64,000 nucleotides of DNA, from the NCBI RefSeq assembly GCF_009914755.1, contig NC_060926.1; one strand, given 5' to 3'. Position 1 is the first letter of the stretch. Each line of letters opens with the position of its first letter. This document shows positions 52,349-64,000 of the stretch, one piece after another. The notes beneath the pieces were generated by a model, which did not search any database, was not told the origin of the DNA, and saw only the letters and a program-made list of their open reading frames with translations. Source of the DNA: the human T2T-CHM13v2.0 reference genome, Homo sapiens. A program made the position numbers and the translations under genes.

Positions 52349-53130
52349 CTGCAGACCCCACGCCGGTTCCCTCCGCAGACCCCACACCCGTTCCCTCCGC
52401 AGACCCCACACCCGTTCCCTCCGAAGACCCCACGCCCGTTCCCTCCGCAGACCCCACGCCCGTTCCCTCCGCAGACCCCACGCCCGTTCCCTCCGAAGAC
52501 CCCACGCCCGTTCCCTCCGCAGACCCCACGCCCGTTCCCTCCGCAGACCCCACGCCCGTTCCCTCCGCAGACCCCACGCCCGTTCCCTCCGCAGACCCCA
52601 CGCCCGTTCCCTCCGAAGACCCCACGCCCGTTCCCTCCGCAGACCCCACGCCCGTTCCCTCCGCAGACCGCACGCCCGTTCCCTCCGCAGACCCCACGCC
52701 CGTTCCCTCCGCAGACCCCACGCCCGTTCCCTCCGCAGACCCCACGCCCGTTCCCTCCGCAGACCCCACGCCCGTTCCCTCCGAAGACCCCACGCCCGTT
52801 CCCTCCGCAGACCCCACGCCCGTTCCCTCCGCAGACCCCACGCCCGTTCCCTCCGCAGACCCCACGCCCGTTCCCTCCGCAGACCGCACGCCCGTTCCCT
52901 CCGCAGACCCCACGCCCGTTCCCTCCGCAGACCCCACGCCCGTTCCCTCCGAAGACCCCACGCCCGTTCCCTCCGAAGACCCCACGCCCGTTCCCTCCGC
53001 AGACCCCACGCCCGTTCCCTCCGCAGACCCCACGCCCGTTCCCTCCGAAGACCCCACGCCCGTTCCCTCCGCAGACCCCACACCCGTTCCCTCCGCAGAC
53101 CCCACACCCGTTCCCTCTGCAGACCCCACA
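52349..53130. repeat. VNTR, 24-bp unit GCAGACCCCACGCCCGTTCCCTCC, about 32.5 copies
   Basis: Near-perfect periodicity; variants gaagac and gaccgc. Confidence 0.98.
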
Positions 53131-54123
53131 CTCATTCTCTCTGCAGCACCACCCACCCTGCCCTCGCAGTTCCCAGAGAACACGCTGGGGCTAGGTGACC
53201 TGGGTTCAGTGCTTGTTAAACACTTTTAAGCAATCCTTCTAATACAATGTCTTTGACCCAGAAATGGCCTGAACAGGGAAACAGAATAATATCCACTGTC
53301 TCAGTTCTCTCATTATCCCCCAGGGTTCCAAGCTCAGGAAAATGGTGTAGCAAACACACCTGCAGTCCTCAGGCCTCTCTTGTGTGCCGAGGGCAGGCTA
53401 GGAACGGGGGGAGGGCGGCTCTGGACTGAGCTTGGAGTCCCTCAGCCAGGACCCTCATGCTGTTCACATGCCCTTGCTCTCTGCGGCTCTCCCTGCTCCG
53501 GGCACCCTCCTCACTGAGGCAAAACATATGTTTTCATATTTTGCTCCTGCTTTAAAAAATTCCTCTGACCTCCCCCGGATTTGCTGCAGTTTAAATCCAT
53601 TGATTCACCAAAGATTGGGCAAGTGTCGCTGTGTCCGAGTATTCCTAGGAGCCAGGCCTCAGGATGCCTGTGCTCATACCACTTAGTTTCTAGAGAGGGA
53701 GAGAGGAAGCCGGCAAGAGGACGCAGAGTGCGGCAGGCAGAGTCCAGCAGAGAGGGAGGGCGCATGTCAGGTTTGGTGGATTGCAAGTGTGAGGTCACGT
53801 GGTTCTACCTGCCTTTCAAGTCGTGCCTCAGCGAATGCATCCCCTTCCCTTAGGTGGGACGCGATTTGTGAGGTCTCTGACCTCCTTTCCTTCCCATCTC
53901 GAGCGCTTTCTCCACTTTGCACACACTGACCTCATCACACCCATCAGCTGTGCATTCCAATGCTCTCGCAATTCAACTTAAATTATCTTTGCGATGAAAA
54001 TCCTTTTCTGAGGTTCAGGACTCCCATAGTTTTCTTATTTAATGCTGTCACGTGGCTTTCCAGTCCATAATGTAATATTTATTTCAGACAAGAAACTCCT
54101 CAAGGGCAGAAACCGTGGGTGCT

Positions 54124-54285
54124 GGACAGAGTGTGAGCCCTGGAATCAGATGAGGCCGAACCCCGTATTGTGACTGCTCCCTGGGGATCTATGCACACAT
54201 CATGGAAACACATTTGGCCTGGGTTTCCTCCCTGTTAGATTGGGAAGGTTGTTCAGCATGAAGTGGTTGTGAGGACTAAGTGACT
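54124..54285 (+). mobile_element. MIR fragment
   Basis: gagccctggaatcaga...gtttcctccctgttagattgg...ggttgtgaggactaagtga. Confidence 0.5.
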
Positions 54286-54480
54286 TTAAAGGAACGGTCC
54301 ATGAAAGGTCCTTGTGGAAAGGCTTCTGTCTCCAACACAGCAGGGCCTGCCACATTCAGACCATTCCAAATGTTTTTCCCCAACGGGTGACATCAGCATC
54401 TGCAGGTTCACGGGTAACTCCAGGTTGGTGCAGCTAAGTGTCCACAAGTTCACACTGACCAATTTGTCAAAGAAAAGACA

Positions 54481-54605
54481 ATGTGTGTGTGCGCATGTGT
54501 GTGTATGTGTCTGTGTGTGTGCGTGGGCACGTGTGGATCCGTGTGTGCACGTGTGTGTATGCGCATCTGTGTGTGCATGTGTGTGTGCACACACATGCCT
54601 GTGCA
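54481..54605. repeat. Imperfect (TG)n alternating purine-pyrimidine tract
   Basis: Read directly. Confidence 0.9.
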
Positions 54606-54702
54606 AATTAAAGAGGCTGCTGCGTGGTGGTTACCATGTAGCTCAGTGGCCCCCCGGGTGCTGAGGAGCTGCAGCTGAGTGTGTACGGTGGCTTTGCAGT
54701 TA

Positions 54703-55348
54703 TAGTCGTCCCCTCTTATCCAGTTTCCCCTTCTGTGTTCAGTTGGAAAATATTAAATAAAAAATTCCAGAAATAAACAATTCACGAGTTTTAAGTTGTG
54801 TGCTGTTCTGAGTAGCATGATGAAATCTCGCTCCATTCTGCCCGGGTCGTGATCTCCCATCTCCAGCAGACCCACGGTCTGTGCTCCTACCTGGTATCCA
54901 CGTCGCCTGCTCCTGACGTCAGCCACCAGCACCGCCAGGGCTGTATGATGGAAGCAGGGACCCTCCTTCTGTGCCTCCTTGGGAGACAGCTGCAGCCAAG
55001 CCAGGTCACAGTGCCAGCAATACTCACCGCACTGAACCTCGTCACGTGGGCATCACAACCCCTTATGTCACCCCACGAAGAAGGGTGAGCACAGTGCAAT
55101 AGGATATGCTGAGAGAGAGGAAGGCCAGAGTCACATGGCTTTCATTACAGCACATTGTCACGATAATTCTATTTTACTATTGGTTATTGTTATTAAGCTC
55201 TTACGGTGCCAGATTTGGAAATTAAACTTTATCATATGTAAGAATGCATACGAAACACACGGTATATGTAGGATCTGGTATTATCCATAGTTTCAGGCAT
55301 CCACCGGGGGTCTTGGAACATACCCCCCGTGAATAAGGGGATATGCTG
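54703..55348. mobile_element. MER44C/D (Tigger7 derivative)
   Basis: tagtcgtcccctcttatcc, aattccagaaataaacaattca, tttcaggcatccaccgggggtcttggaac...ataagggg. Confidence 0.85.
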
Positions 55349-55947
55349 TATTAAGAATTTTATTTACTTTGCTAGAAAAGATACAAAAATAAATACCTCT
55401 TAATAGTCAGGTAATATTTCAATAGATGACATTGGGATTCACATTATTCCACAGCTAGTGCAATTTATTTTTCTTAGTATTGTGCAGGAGTTAATATGGC
55501 CAGAAGGAACCAGCATTCCTTTATTCACCCAATCACTCATGAAACATTACTGGGTATTTAGCAGATATTCAATCAATATTTGTTGGATGCATATCAATCT
55601 GCTAAGTGCCTGAAGTTGTGCAGACTGAGATGTAAAAGAGCTTGTCACACCTGTGCACAGCGCAGTCGGAGGAGAGTCAGAATGTCTCTAGGATGAAGGA
55701 ATGAGCAGTGGGGAGCGTGGCTGGTCCCCAGCAGCCCAGACTTGGGGTCCTTGTGGCAGCATGAGATGATGTCATTGCTGGATGGATCCCCCGAGGAAAG
55801 AATGAGCAGGTCTTGATTCTACGAATGTGAAGCAGCAACAACTGCATGTTTATTCCAAATAAATAACATATATTATACATAGGCCAGTATCGCATTCCAT
55901 TATTGATATTTATAGCTGCATTCACATTTATATTCATGTCTGTGTAT

Positions 55948-56170
55948 GTATCCATCCACCCATCCATTCAGTCATCCATCTGTAATATGCCTACTGTTAT
56001 CTATTTATCTTTCATCTATCTATCATCTATCAATCATCTATCAATCTTTCTGTATTATCTATCATCTACTTGTCTATTTATCTATCCATCTATCTATCTT
56101 ATCATCTATCTAAAATATCCATCTAAAATATCTATCTATCTATCTCTCTATCATGTATCTATAGAGAGAG
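55948..56170. repeat. Degenerate (TCCA)/(TCTA)n simple repeat
   Basis: atctatctatc motifs read directly. Confidence 0.88.
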
Positions 56171-57199
56171 AGGCCGTGGGATCTGAGTTAATTCCCTGAT
56201 TCTGCAGATGTGGATCCCGTCTACCTGATCCCCTCCACTCGTGGCTCCTTATTGGGTTCTGACTTCTGCCCTTCCCCTTCTGAAATATATTTTCTATGTG
56301 TGCAGGATATTTTATGTCTAAAATGCTAATTTGAACAAGTAACTAATTTCCTTAAAACCAGTTTACTCTTTTCACATAGTAAAGTCTAATCAAGTCCTGT
56401 TTAATTATTCTTTATATTTTACCTTATAATATTTTATAGATCTTTAATCCAGTCTAAATTTCTTATTATCTCCCAGACATTCCTTGGGTTTTTCCCTTTC
56501 CACCTTTGCTCATACCATTTGTCTCACTGAAATGACACTTCCGATATCTTTATGCCTGCCTCTGTTTTTAACCTCATTAAGCCCATTTTTTACCTGGTTT
56601 CTGATTTCCTAACTCTAGATTTTGTGCTGCATCTGTGAATGATTTTGATGTCTCTTGTAGCTCTCTGGGTTTCAGTCATCAGCCCTGCTCCGAGGACTCT
56701 CATGTCCTCATTCTGGCTTGGGCATCTCCCTGAGGCTCCCATATGAGTGACCAGTTTCCAGCGGACGTCCCACAGGGCACCTCTTGGTGCTCCCGCACGG
56801 TGCGGTCGAGGCTTCTCAGCACCTGCATCCCTGCTCCCCATCACACCCTGGACCTTCTGCGGTGCAGTCATCACAGCCTCCTGCCTCACTTCCTGAGCCT
56901 CAGGGACGCCCGCTCCTTGCTGCCTCCACCCTCTCCCAGGCTCAAGCTGATATCATCTCCTGCTACACAGCAGCCTCTGTCTGCACTCTAGGCTTTCAGG
57001 TTTGTTCTGATAAAACTCACCCTCTGCTCGGCGGCCAGACGCTTCACCTGGAACACAAGCAGGACCACGTAAGTTGTTGCTGGACACAGCTAAACAGGCT
57101 CCCTTCACCTGCCAACAAGCTGCAGTTCCTCTGCCTAGCAGCACGAACTTTCCTGACATACCCCATGCTCCTCTGTCCAGCCCCACAAATGGCCGTCCA

Positions 57200-57565
57200 T
57201 GCCTTGAACTTTATGTTCTGTGAACTTCAGACGACCTAGAATGCCCCGACTTGGCATTTCTCACCCCAAGCCGCTGAGCTGGCATCTGTGTGGAATGACT
57301 TCTTTCTCCGTTTACACACGTGGGTAATGCCTGATTGCTTTAAGGCTTGTCCCCAGAAGGGCTCACCTTGTATCCTGCTACCAAGTTGCACTGGACCCAC
57401 GTTCTAACATTTTGGAAATCTCTTTCTACATATTTCACTCTATTAAAATTATCTGCAAGTGTGTTTGTCTTCTCAACTAGATTGAATCCCCTGTGTCCCA
57501 GGATAGTCATTTAATATTTTCCATCCCCATCACAGAGCACCCTAAATAAACATTTGCTGATTGGA
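57200..57565 (+). mobile_element. L2 3' region fragment
   Basis: gtgtttgtcttctcaactagattgaatcccc...ccccatcacagagcac...taaacatttgctga. Confidence 0.5.
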
Positions 57566-57935
57566 AAAGTCAAGTGGAAAGAGTATCTAACTCATGGAAG
57601 TTTTAGGTGGATACAATGAGGTAATGGCCACACATGAGTTTAAAACTTAAAATGCTTTAAGCCGTGTAAAGTGTCAGTGATGGTGCTGACGTCAGTGGTG
57701 ATGATGACAATGATGAATGCGCAAATACGCAGTGACTGCTGCACAGAGCGGGACTCAGGAGGGAGGCCTGAGCTAAAAATTTAATAATATTATTCATCCC
57801 AAGATGAGTCATCCAGGGGCAATTATAGAGGTTGAAGCAAAGAACATGATAGATTGATCCTTTCTGAAGAGGGGCATTTAAAGTCTAGGCAAAGAGAAGC
57901 CATTACAGGGTTAGAGAAGGAACTGCTGAAGTAAG

Positions 57936-58064
57936 GCTCAGACCCAGAGGCAATGACATCATCATGTCAGGATAGAGCTCAGACCCAGAGGCAATGACAT
58001 CATCACGTCAGGACGGAGCTCAGACCCAGAGGCAATGTCATCATCACATCAGGATAAGAGTTCA
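57936..58064. repeat. 41-bp tandem repeat, 3 copies
   Basis: gctcagacccagaggcaatg at 57936, 57977 and 58018. Confidence 0.95.
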
Positions 58065-58185
58065 GGAAAGACAAGGGGCAGTGGTAGGAAAGGCCCCAGA
58101 GAGCCTGGGTCACCAATGGGAGGCCACGTAGCTTGGGCTCAGCACGGAAGGCACCATTGCTTACCAGAGTGACCCAAGGACATTC

Positions 58186-58911
58186 TTTTTTTTTTTTTTT
58201 TTAACTGTTATTTTCAGTTCAGGGATAGGGTTTGTTACATAAATAAACATGTATCATGGAGGTTTGTTGTACTGGTTATTTCATCACCCAGGTATTGAGC
58301 CTATTACCCATTAATTATTTTTCCTGATCCTCTCCCTCCTCCCACCCTCCAACCTCCAATAGGCTCCAGTGTGTGTTGTTCCCCTCTATGTGTCCGTGTG
58401 TTTTCATCACTTAGCTCTCACTTATAAGTGAGAACATGCAGTGTTTGGTTTTCTGTTCCTGCATTAGTTTGCTGAGGATAATAGCCTCCAGCTCCATCTA
58501 TGTCCCTGCAAAGGACATGATCTCATTCTCTTTTTATGGCTGTAGAGTATTCCATGGTGCATATGTACCACATTTTCTTTACCCAGTCTACCATTGATGG
58601 GCATTTAGGTTAATTGCATGTCTTTGCTATTGTGAATAGTGCTGCAATGAACGTACTCATGTGTATGTCTTTACAATAGAATGATTAATATTTCTTTGGA
58701 TATATATCCAGTAATGGGATTGCTGGGTTGAATGGTAGTTCTGTGTTTAGGTCTTTGAGGAATCGCCACACTCCAATCAAAACACTTCCAATCAAAACCA
58801 TAATGAGATACCATCTATCACCAATCACAATGGCTATTATTAAAAAGTCAAAAACTAACAGATGGTGGCGAGGTTGTGGAGAAAAAGGAATGCTCATACA
58901 CTGTTGGCATG
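58186..58911 (-). mobile_element. 5'-inverted (twin-primed) L1PA, about L1PA10-13
   Basis: Poly(T) plus antisense 3' end to about 58772, then a sense ORF2 piece 58788-58910; TSD aggacattcttt / aggagattcttt. Confidence 0.9.
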
Positions 58912-59590
58912 AGGAGATTCTTTGACTACACTTACAATAATGGGAAATTAATGAGATACTGTATCCTCTGAGGGCAGGAATACTACCTGCCTTATATTTC
59001 CTTCCCCCAGCACAGCATGTGCCTCGCAGGGGTGCTCTGATTTACATTCTTTTAAATGACAACAAAGTTTCATGGCATGCCTGGTGGCCTCCCGGGTAAC
59101 GTGGCCAAGACAAGCTTCTCTATGCCTGAATTTCATCCTGGGGTGATATGGTTTCATCTCTGGAACATTAAGTTGGTAAAACTTTTATGTTTCTTGAGTC
59201 AGTCAGTTGCTTTATAAAGAATCAATAAATGTTAAAGTAGCTGTGATGATAATTGATCCCTGGCAGCAGCGTGTCCTGAATTAACCAGGGAGCCGCTGTG
59301 TGTGCTGGACGGGGGTGCACCGGCCTTCCGGCCTCCTCCGTCCCTGCTCCCCCTTTCTCTTCTCCTCGCCTCTTCCTCCACCTCTCCCTCTTTCTCAGAG
59401 AAGGAGGGCTTTTCTCTTCATGGGAATTAAAATGCTGATATCTCACACTGGGCCTCAAGAAACCCTAGAGCAATGATTGCATTTCAGATAAATACAATGT
59501 GGAACATTTAAAAACTGGTTAAACACGTGGTACGTGAAAGTTCTCACGCGGAAAAAGCAAAGGGTGAGAATGTTAACCAGGAAGATTGTG

Positions 59591-60346
59591 AGGATTATTA
59601 TACCATCCCACACGGACACAGGAACTATTCTACCATCCCACACGGACACAGGAACTATTACACCATCCCATACAGACACAGGAACTATTCCACCGTCCCA
59701 CGCGGACACAGGAACTATTCCACCGTCCCACGCGGACACAGGAACTATGGCACCGTCCCACGCGGACACAGGAACTATGGCACCGTCCCACGCGGACACA
59801 GGAACTATGGCACCGTCCCACGCGGACACAGGAACTATGGCACCGTCCCACGCGGACACAGGAACTATGGCACCGTCCCACGCGGACACAGGAACTATGG
59901 CACCGTCCCACGCGGACACAGGAACTATGGCACCGTCCCACGCGGACACAGGAACTATGGCACCGTCCCACGCGGACACAGGAACTATGGCACCGTCCCA
60001 CGCGGACACAGGAACTATGGCACCGTCCCACGCGGACACAGGAACTATGGCACCGTCCCACGCGGACACAGGAACTATGGCACCGTCCCACGCGGACACA
60101 GGAACTATGGCACCGTCCCACGCGGACACAGGAACTATGGCACCGTCCCACGCGGACACAGGAACTATGGCACCGTCCCACGCGGACACAGGAACTATGG
60201 CACCGTCCCACGCGGACACAGGAACTATGGCACCGTCCCACGCGGACACAGGAACTATGGCACCGTCCCACGCGGACACAGGAACTATGGCACCGTCCCA
60301 CGCGGACACAGGAACTATTGCACCGTCCCACACGGACACAGGAACT
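59591..60346. repeat. VNTR, 30-bp unit CACCGTCCCACGCGGACACAGGAACTATGG, about 25 copies
   Basis: 19 consecutive units with ggaactatgg (59741-60290); diverged edge units. Confidence 0.98.
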
Positions 60347-63300
60347 GAAAGGCTGGAGCTGGGGGTCCGTGAAAAGTGATGGCAGAGGTGGCAGGAGGTG
60401 GCGGCAGCCACCGGGATCCCCAGGCTGGAGGGCAGAAGGTGGGGAAGCAAGACAGAGGCCCCTGGCGATGCCCGGCCCCAGAGGCCACTCCACATGGAGT
60501 CCTGGGCCTCCTATCCCTGGTCCCTTCCCCCATGTCTCGGCTACCATGACCTTGCCACCCTCCCCACCCGGTTGAACGCCTCTCAGCACTGCTTTCCTTC
60601 CTGCGCCCTCAGCCCCTCGCACATCCGGATGGCTAATCCTCCTCCTGAGGAAATTCACTCTCTCTATTTTGCGACTGTTCCCAGTCACCTGAGCATCCTG
60701 AGCATCGATGGTGAGAAGCTACAGGAGGCCGAGCGGCTGTTGACGCCCAGGACCGTGGGCAGCACCTTGCAGGGGGAAACCGGCTTCCTCCGGTCTCCCA
60801 GAAGAAGAGTTCAGGCCTTCTCTCCTCTCTCCAGGCCTCCAGCTCTTCCCCATCCCCGCTCTCAGCGGAGGACTGGCTTCTGTTTTCACTGAAGAAATCA
60901 CAGCCTCCTGAGAGGACTTCCCCAGACGCAGCCCTCCCCTGTACCCGCTCCTCCTCCACATCCCCACCTTCCATGCCCAGGGCAGCAAACCACCCCCCAT
61001 CTGCTTGGGGATGTCAACAGGCTCCCTGTTTCCTGAATCTTCAGTTTCTCCTTCCTGCTTGATTCCCATCCACAAACTTACCATTATGTTTCTTGTCTTT
61101 AAAAGAAAAATAAAATTTTTGCTTTTTATCCAACCACTCCCCGTTTTCCTGCTGCTTATGGCAAAAGCTGCACCAAGGAAAAAATGCTGCCCCTATTCTC
61201 TCTCCTGCCCTTCGCAGGAGCCTTTGACCCCAGAGCTCCCCTGAAACTGCTCTTGTCAGTTTCATGAAGAGCCGCATGATGCCAAATCCCACAGGAAACT
61301 TCGGTGTTTATCTGACGGGTGGACGCCCTGCCCTGGAAACGGTCCTGCCTGCCCCGATTCATGCATCTCCTGCCCCGCGTCTCGTCGTGGTCCTGGCCTC
61401 CCGGGGTAGCGTTTGAGGCCCGGCGCTCAGACCCACGCTTCCCCTCTTCTCCTGCCCAGCGTCTGGCCTCACCCGAGCTCTGCTGATCCCAGAAGGACGT
61501 CTTCAGTCCTGACCCCTCGTGCTGGCTCCGAACTCGCGTTTCTGACTCCCAGCAGCACTGGCAGCCCCTTGACCTTGTGCCTTGAGATCACGTCCCAGCC
61601 TGTCTGTCCTCATAGCCCCTCCATCCCGCAGCCTCTCAGAAGCCGCCCTCCCCACTGTGCCCTTTCTTGGTTTATATTCCTGCTTGTGCGTGCGTGTCGC
61701 TAATGCACCTACATTTTTGTATCGGTCAAATTCTTTGTGTCTCTTTTGGTTGGTGCCAGTTCAGTCAGGGGAGACAGGTTCCTCCGTTTGGTTCACGTCA
61801 GTGTGTCAAGTTCTTAGAATTAGAAGTGAACTGTGTGGATGAGCGTGGCCTTGCCAAGAGTGAGAGCATGGAGAGATGCCGAGGGCCGGACTCAGGACAC
61901 GGGGCCAGGGAGGGGGCGCAGGACTAAAGGATTTTACAAAACAGAGGTTTCGTCTTTGCCACCTCTTAAAGAATTCCGTAAGTTGACTTTCTGATTTTTA
62001 ATAGCGAGAAGAGCACCCACCTTTTTTTTGCAGAGGTGATGGAGTATAGTTTTAATGAGAGGTGAAATCACACAGGAGCCCCCGGTTTCTGGCTGTGGCT
62101 TGCACCACCTGCTTCCTGTTTCAATGAACGTTGATGAAAGTGGAGTTTTGTCAATTTTTAAAAAACCACTGCCTGCCTTCATCAGGTTTGATATTTTCAA
62201 AGTGTGGCTGCCTCTTCTCGCGCCCCCCGCTTCCCCTGATGGACGTCCATCCTCCTGCTCCGCGTGGCTCAGGGTCCTGCTTCACACCTACACTGGCATC
62301 CCATAAGCACAAGGTTCCAAACGTGAGTCATCAGCATTTGCATGAGGAAACAAGGTAAGCAAAGATTTGGCAAGAAGAATTCGAACTCAAAGCCATAATA
62401 TTATTCATGAATTATGAGCAACAAGATTAGATCTGGAGCTTGTTTCAGTGAGGATTTGAGAGGAGAGGGATCAGGAGACTGACTTGGCCCGTCAGCCCCG
62501 CTGCTGTGATCTGTGGAGAAACAGGATTCCATTGAGCTTCATTCTATGGGCACACAGCTGCTTTCAAAAATTCTTTCTAATGATGAGCTTGCTAAGAAAA
62601 ATGCTCATCTTTTTCTGTAATAAGGCTGGACATTTTCCTTAGAGAGGCTTTCATCTGTTTTTTTTTTTTCCTTGTAAATGGGAAAATTGCCAAACATCTG
62701 GGTACCAAATGCCCACAGTCTCTGAGGTCCATCCATGGGGCAGCCGCTCTGTGAAATGAAAATGTTGCTTCTTGACTTGACGAAGGCTCATGTGCAAACC
62801 CCTGGCTCAATGGTGCCTATGGCCACAATCCCCCAATTAACCATCAGATCTGCTTGCAGAGGGCTGCCCCACGTCCAGAAAGGCTGCAGTAACTCGGGGA
62901 GTGTGGCTGGATGTGATACCTACTTGGGGGCTCACAGCAGCCCGCATGTGTTTTTTTAAGTAGTTCCATGAGGCAAACTCTCCAACTAATGAGGCCTGTG
63001 TTGGAAGACTTGGGTCCTGAAATTGCTCAACCTGACAACTGCATAATAAGAAAGATGTTCCCAGGTCAGTTCACCTAGCAGTTCTGTCATCTGATCACAA
63101 TTTCAGCTGCTGCTGCTCCGTCGGCCTGGGGCTCACGAGAAGGAAGACCTGGAAACCATGCCAGGGCAACAGGAAGGGGTGTCAGGCTGAGCTTGTTCCC
63201 TCAGCAAATCCTTTCTAAAAGCCAGGTGTGTTCACACAAGGTGTAGGGACAAATTCCTATAGGTCAAATTAAGCCAGAGATAATCCTGCTAGGTCTTCAA

Positions 63301-63382
63301 TTTCTGCTAATTGGCTAATCATCAAGTTATTTTGCCTGGGGAAGAAGAGAGAAATGGCCTGGTGTTGACTGACGGCATTAAA

Positions 63383-63695
63383 GTGCATGGGCATGTGTGT
63401 GCCTGCATGTGTGTGTGTGATGCACACTTGTGTACGTGCATGCACGTGTGCCTGTGTGTGAACATGTGTGGGTGCGTGCATGCATGTACATGTTGGCATT
63501 TGTGTGTGTGAGCATGTGTGGGTGCATGCATGTGTGTACATGTCTGCATGTGTGTGTGTGAGCATGCGTGGGTGCATGCATGTGTGTACATGTCTGCATT
63601 TGTGTGTGTGAGCATCTGTGGGTGCGTGCATGAGTGTACATGTCTGCATTTGTGTGTGTGAGCATGTGTGGGTGCGTGCAGGTGTGCCGTATGTG
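63383..63695. repeat. TG-rich repeat with 50-bp higher periodicity (about 5 copies)
   Basis: aRcat-led blocks at 63461, 63511, 63561, 63611 and 63661. Confidence 0.9.
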
Positions 63696-64000
63696 TCCAT
63701 ACGCTCCTTATGAAAGCCTTGTGGAATTAACATCATGGAAAAAAACTAAACAGAGACTCCTAAAGTTTACGTAACTTGCCATGTTCCAGAGTCAGCATTT
63801 AATCCTATACGTGTACACTTTATACACGAAATAAAAATCAATCCATCTGCACATGAGTTATGACCAAGTGTAGACTTATTCTGCACCAATGGGAGGAGAC
63901 TCAGGAGGGGATCTCCACTGCCAGCAGATGGGAGGTTGTAGGGGAAGGACTGGACCCTGCAGAGGATTTGGGTAGACAGAGGAGAGAGCAAGCAAAGCCA

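Noticed and set aside
51767-53229. 287-454 aa ORFs, including a mucin-like one
   Set aside because: The 24-bp unit has no stop in any frame, so long ORFs are expected. No signal peptide, domain or exon context.
59455-60688. 273-352 aa repeat ORFs
   Set aside because: Stop-free 30-bp VNTR with overlapping ORFs on both strands

Overview
This is primate, most likely human, non-coding genomic DNA. The evidence is AluY/AluJ, L1PA/L1M, MaLR and ERV LTRs, MER DNA transposons and CpG depletion. The density of GC-rich minisatellites is typical of a distal or subtelomeric band; I cannot name the locus. I find no credible protein-coding gene: every long ORF is a stop-free tandem repeat or repeat-derived. 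The main non-repeat feature is a CpG island at about 32.2-33.1 kb. It has a TATA-like box and initiator spaced for a minus-strand Pol II transcript, probably a lncRNA, and is flanked by CDX/HOX13 and FOX-type motifs. Other contents: four large VNTRs (24/25, 93, 24 and 30 bp units); several short tandem arrays; an L1MC-type element of about 7-8 kb carrying nested insertions; a twin-primed L1PA; and many solo LTRs and DNA transposons, several with visible target-site duplications (TSDs). I see no support for a novel multi-gene system; the findings are regulatory, structural and evolutionary. Repeat subfamily names come from recalled consensus sequences and need RepeatMasker/Dfam confirmation.
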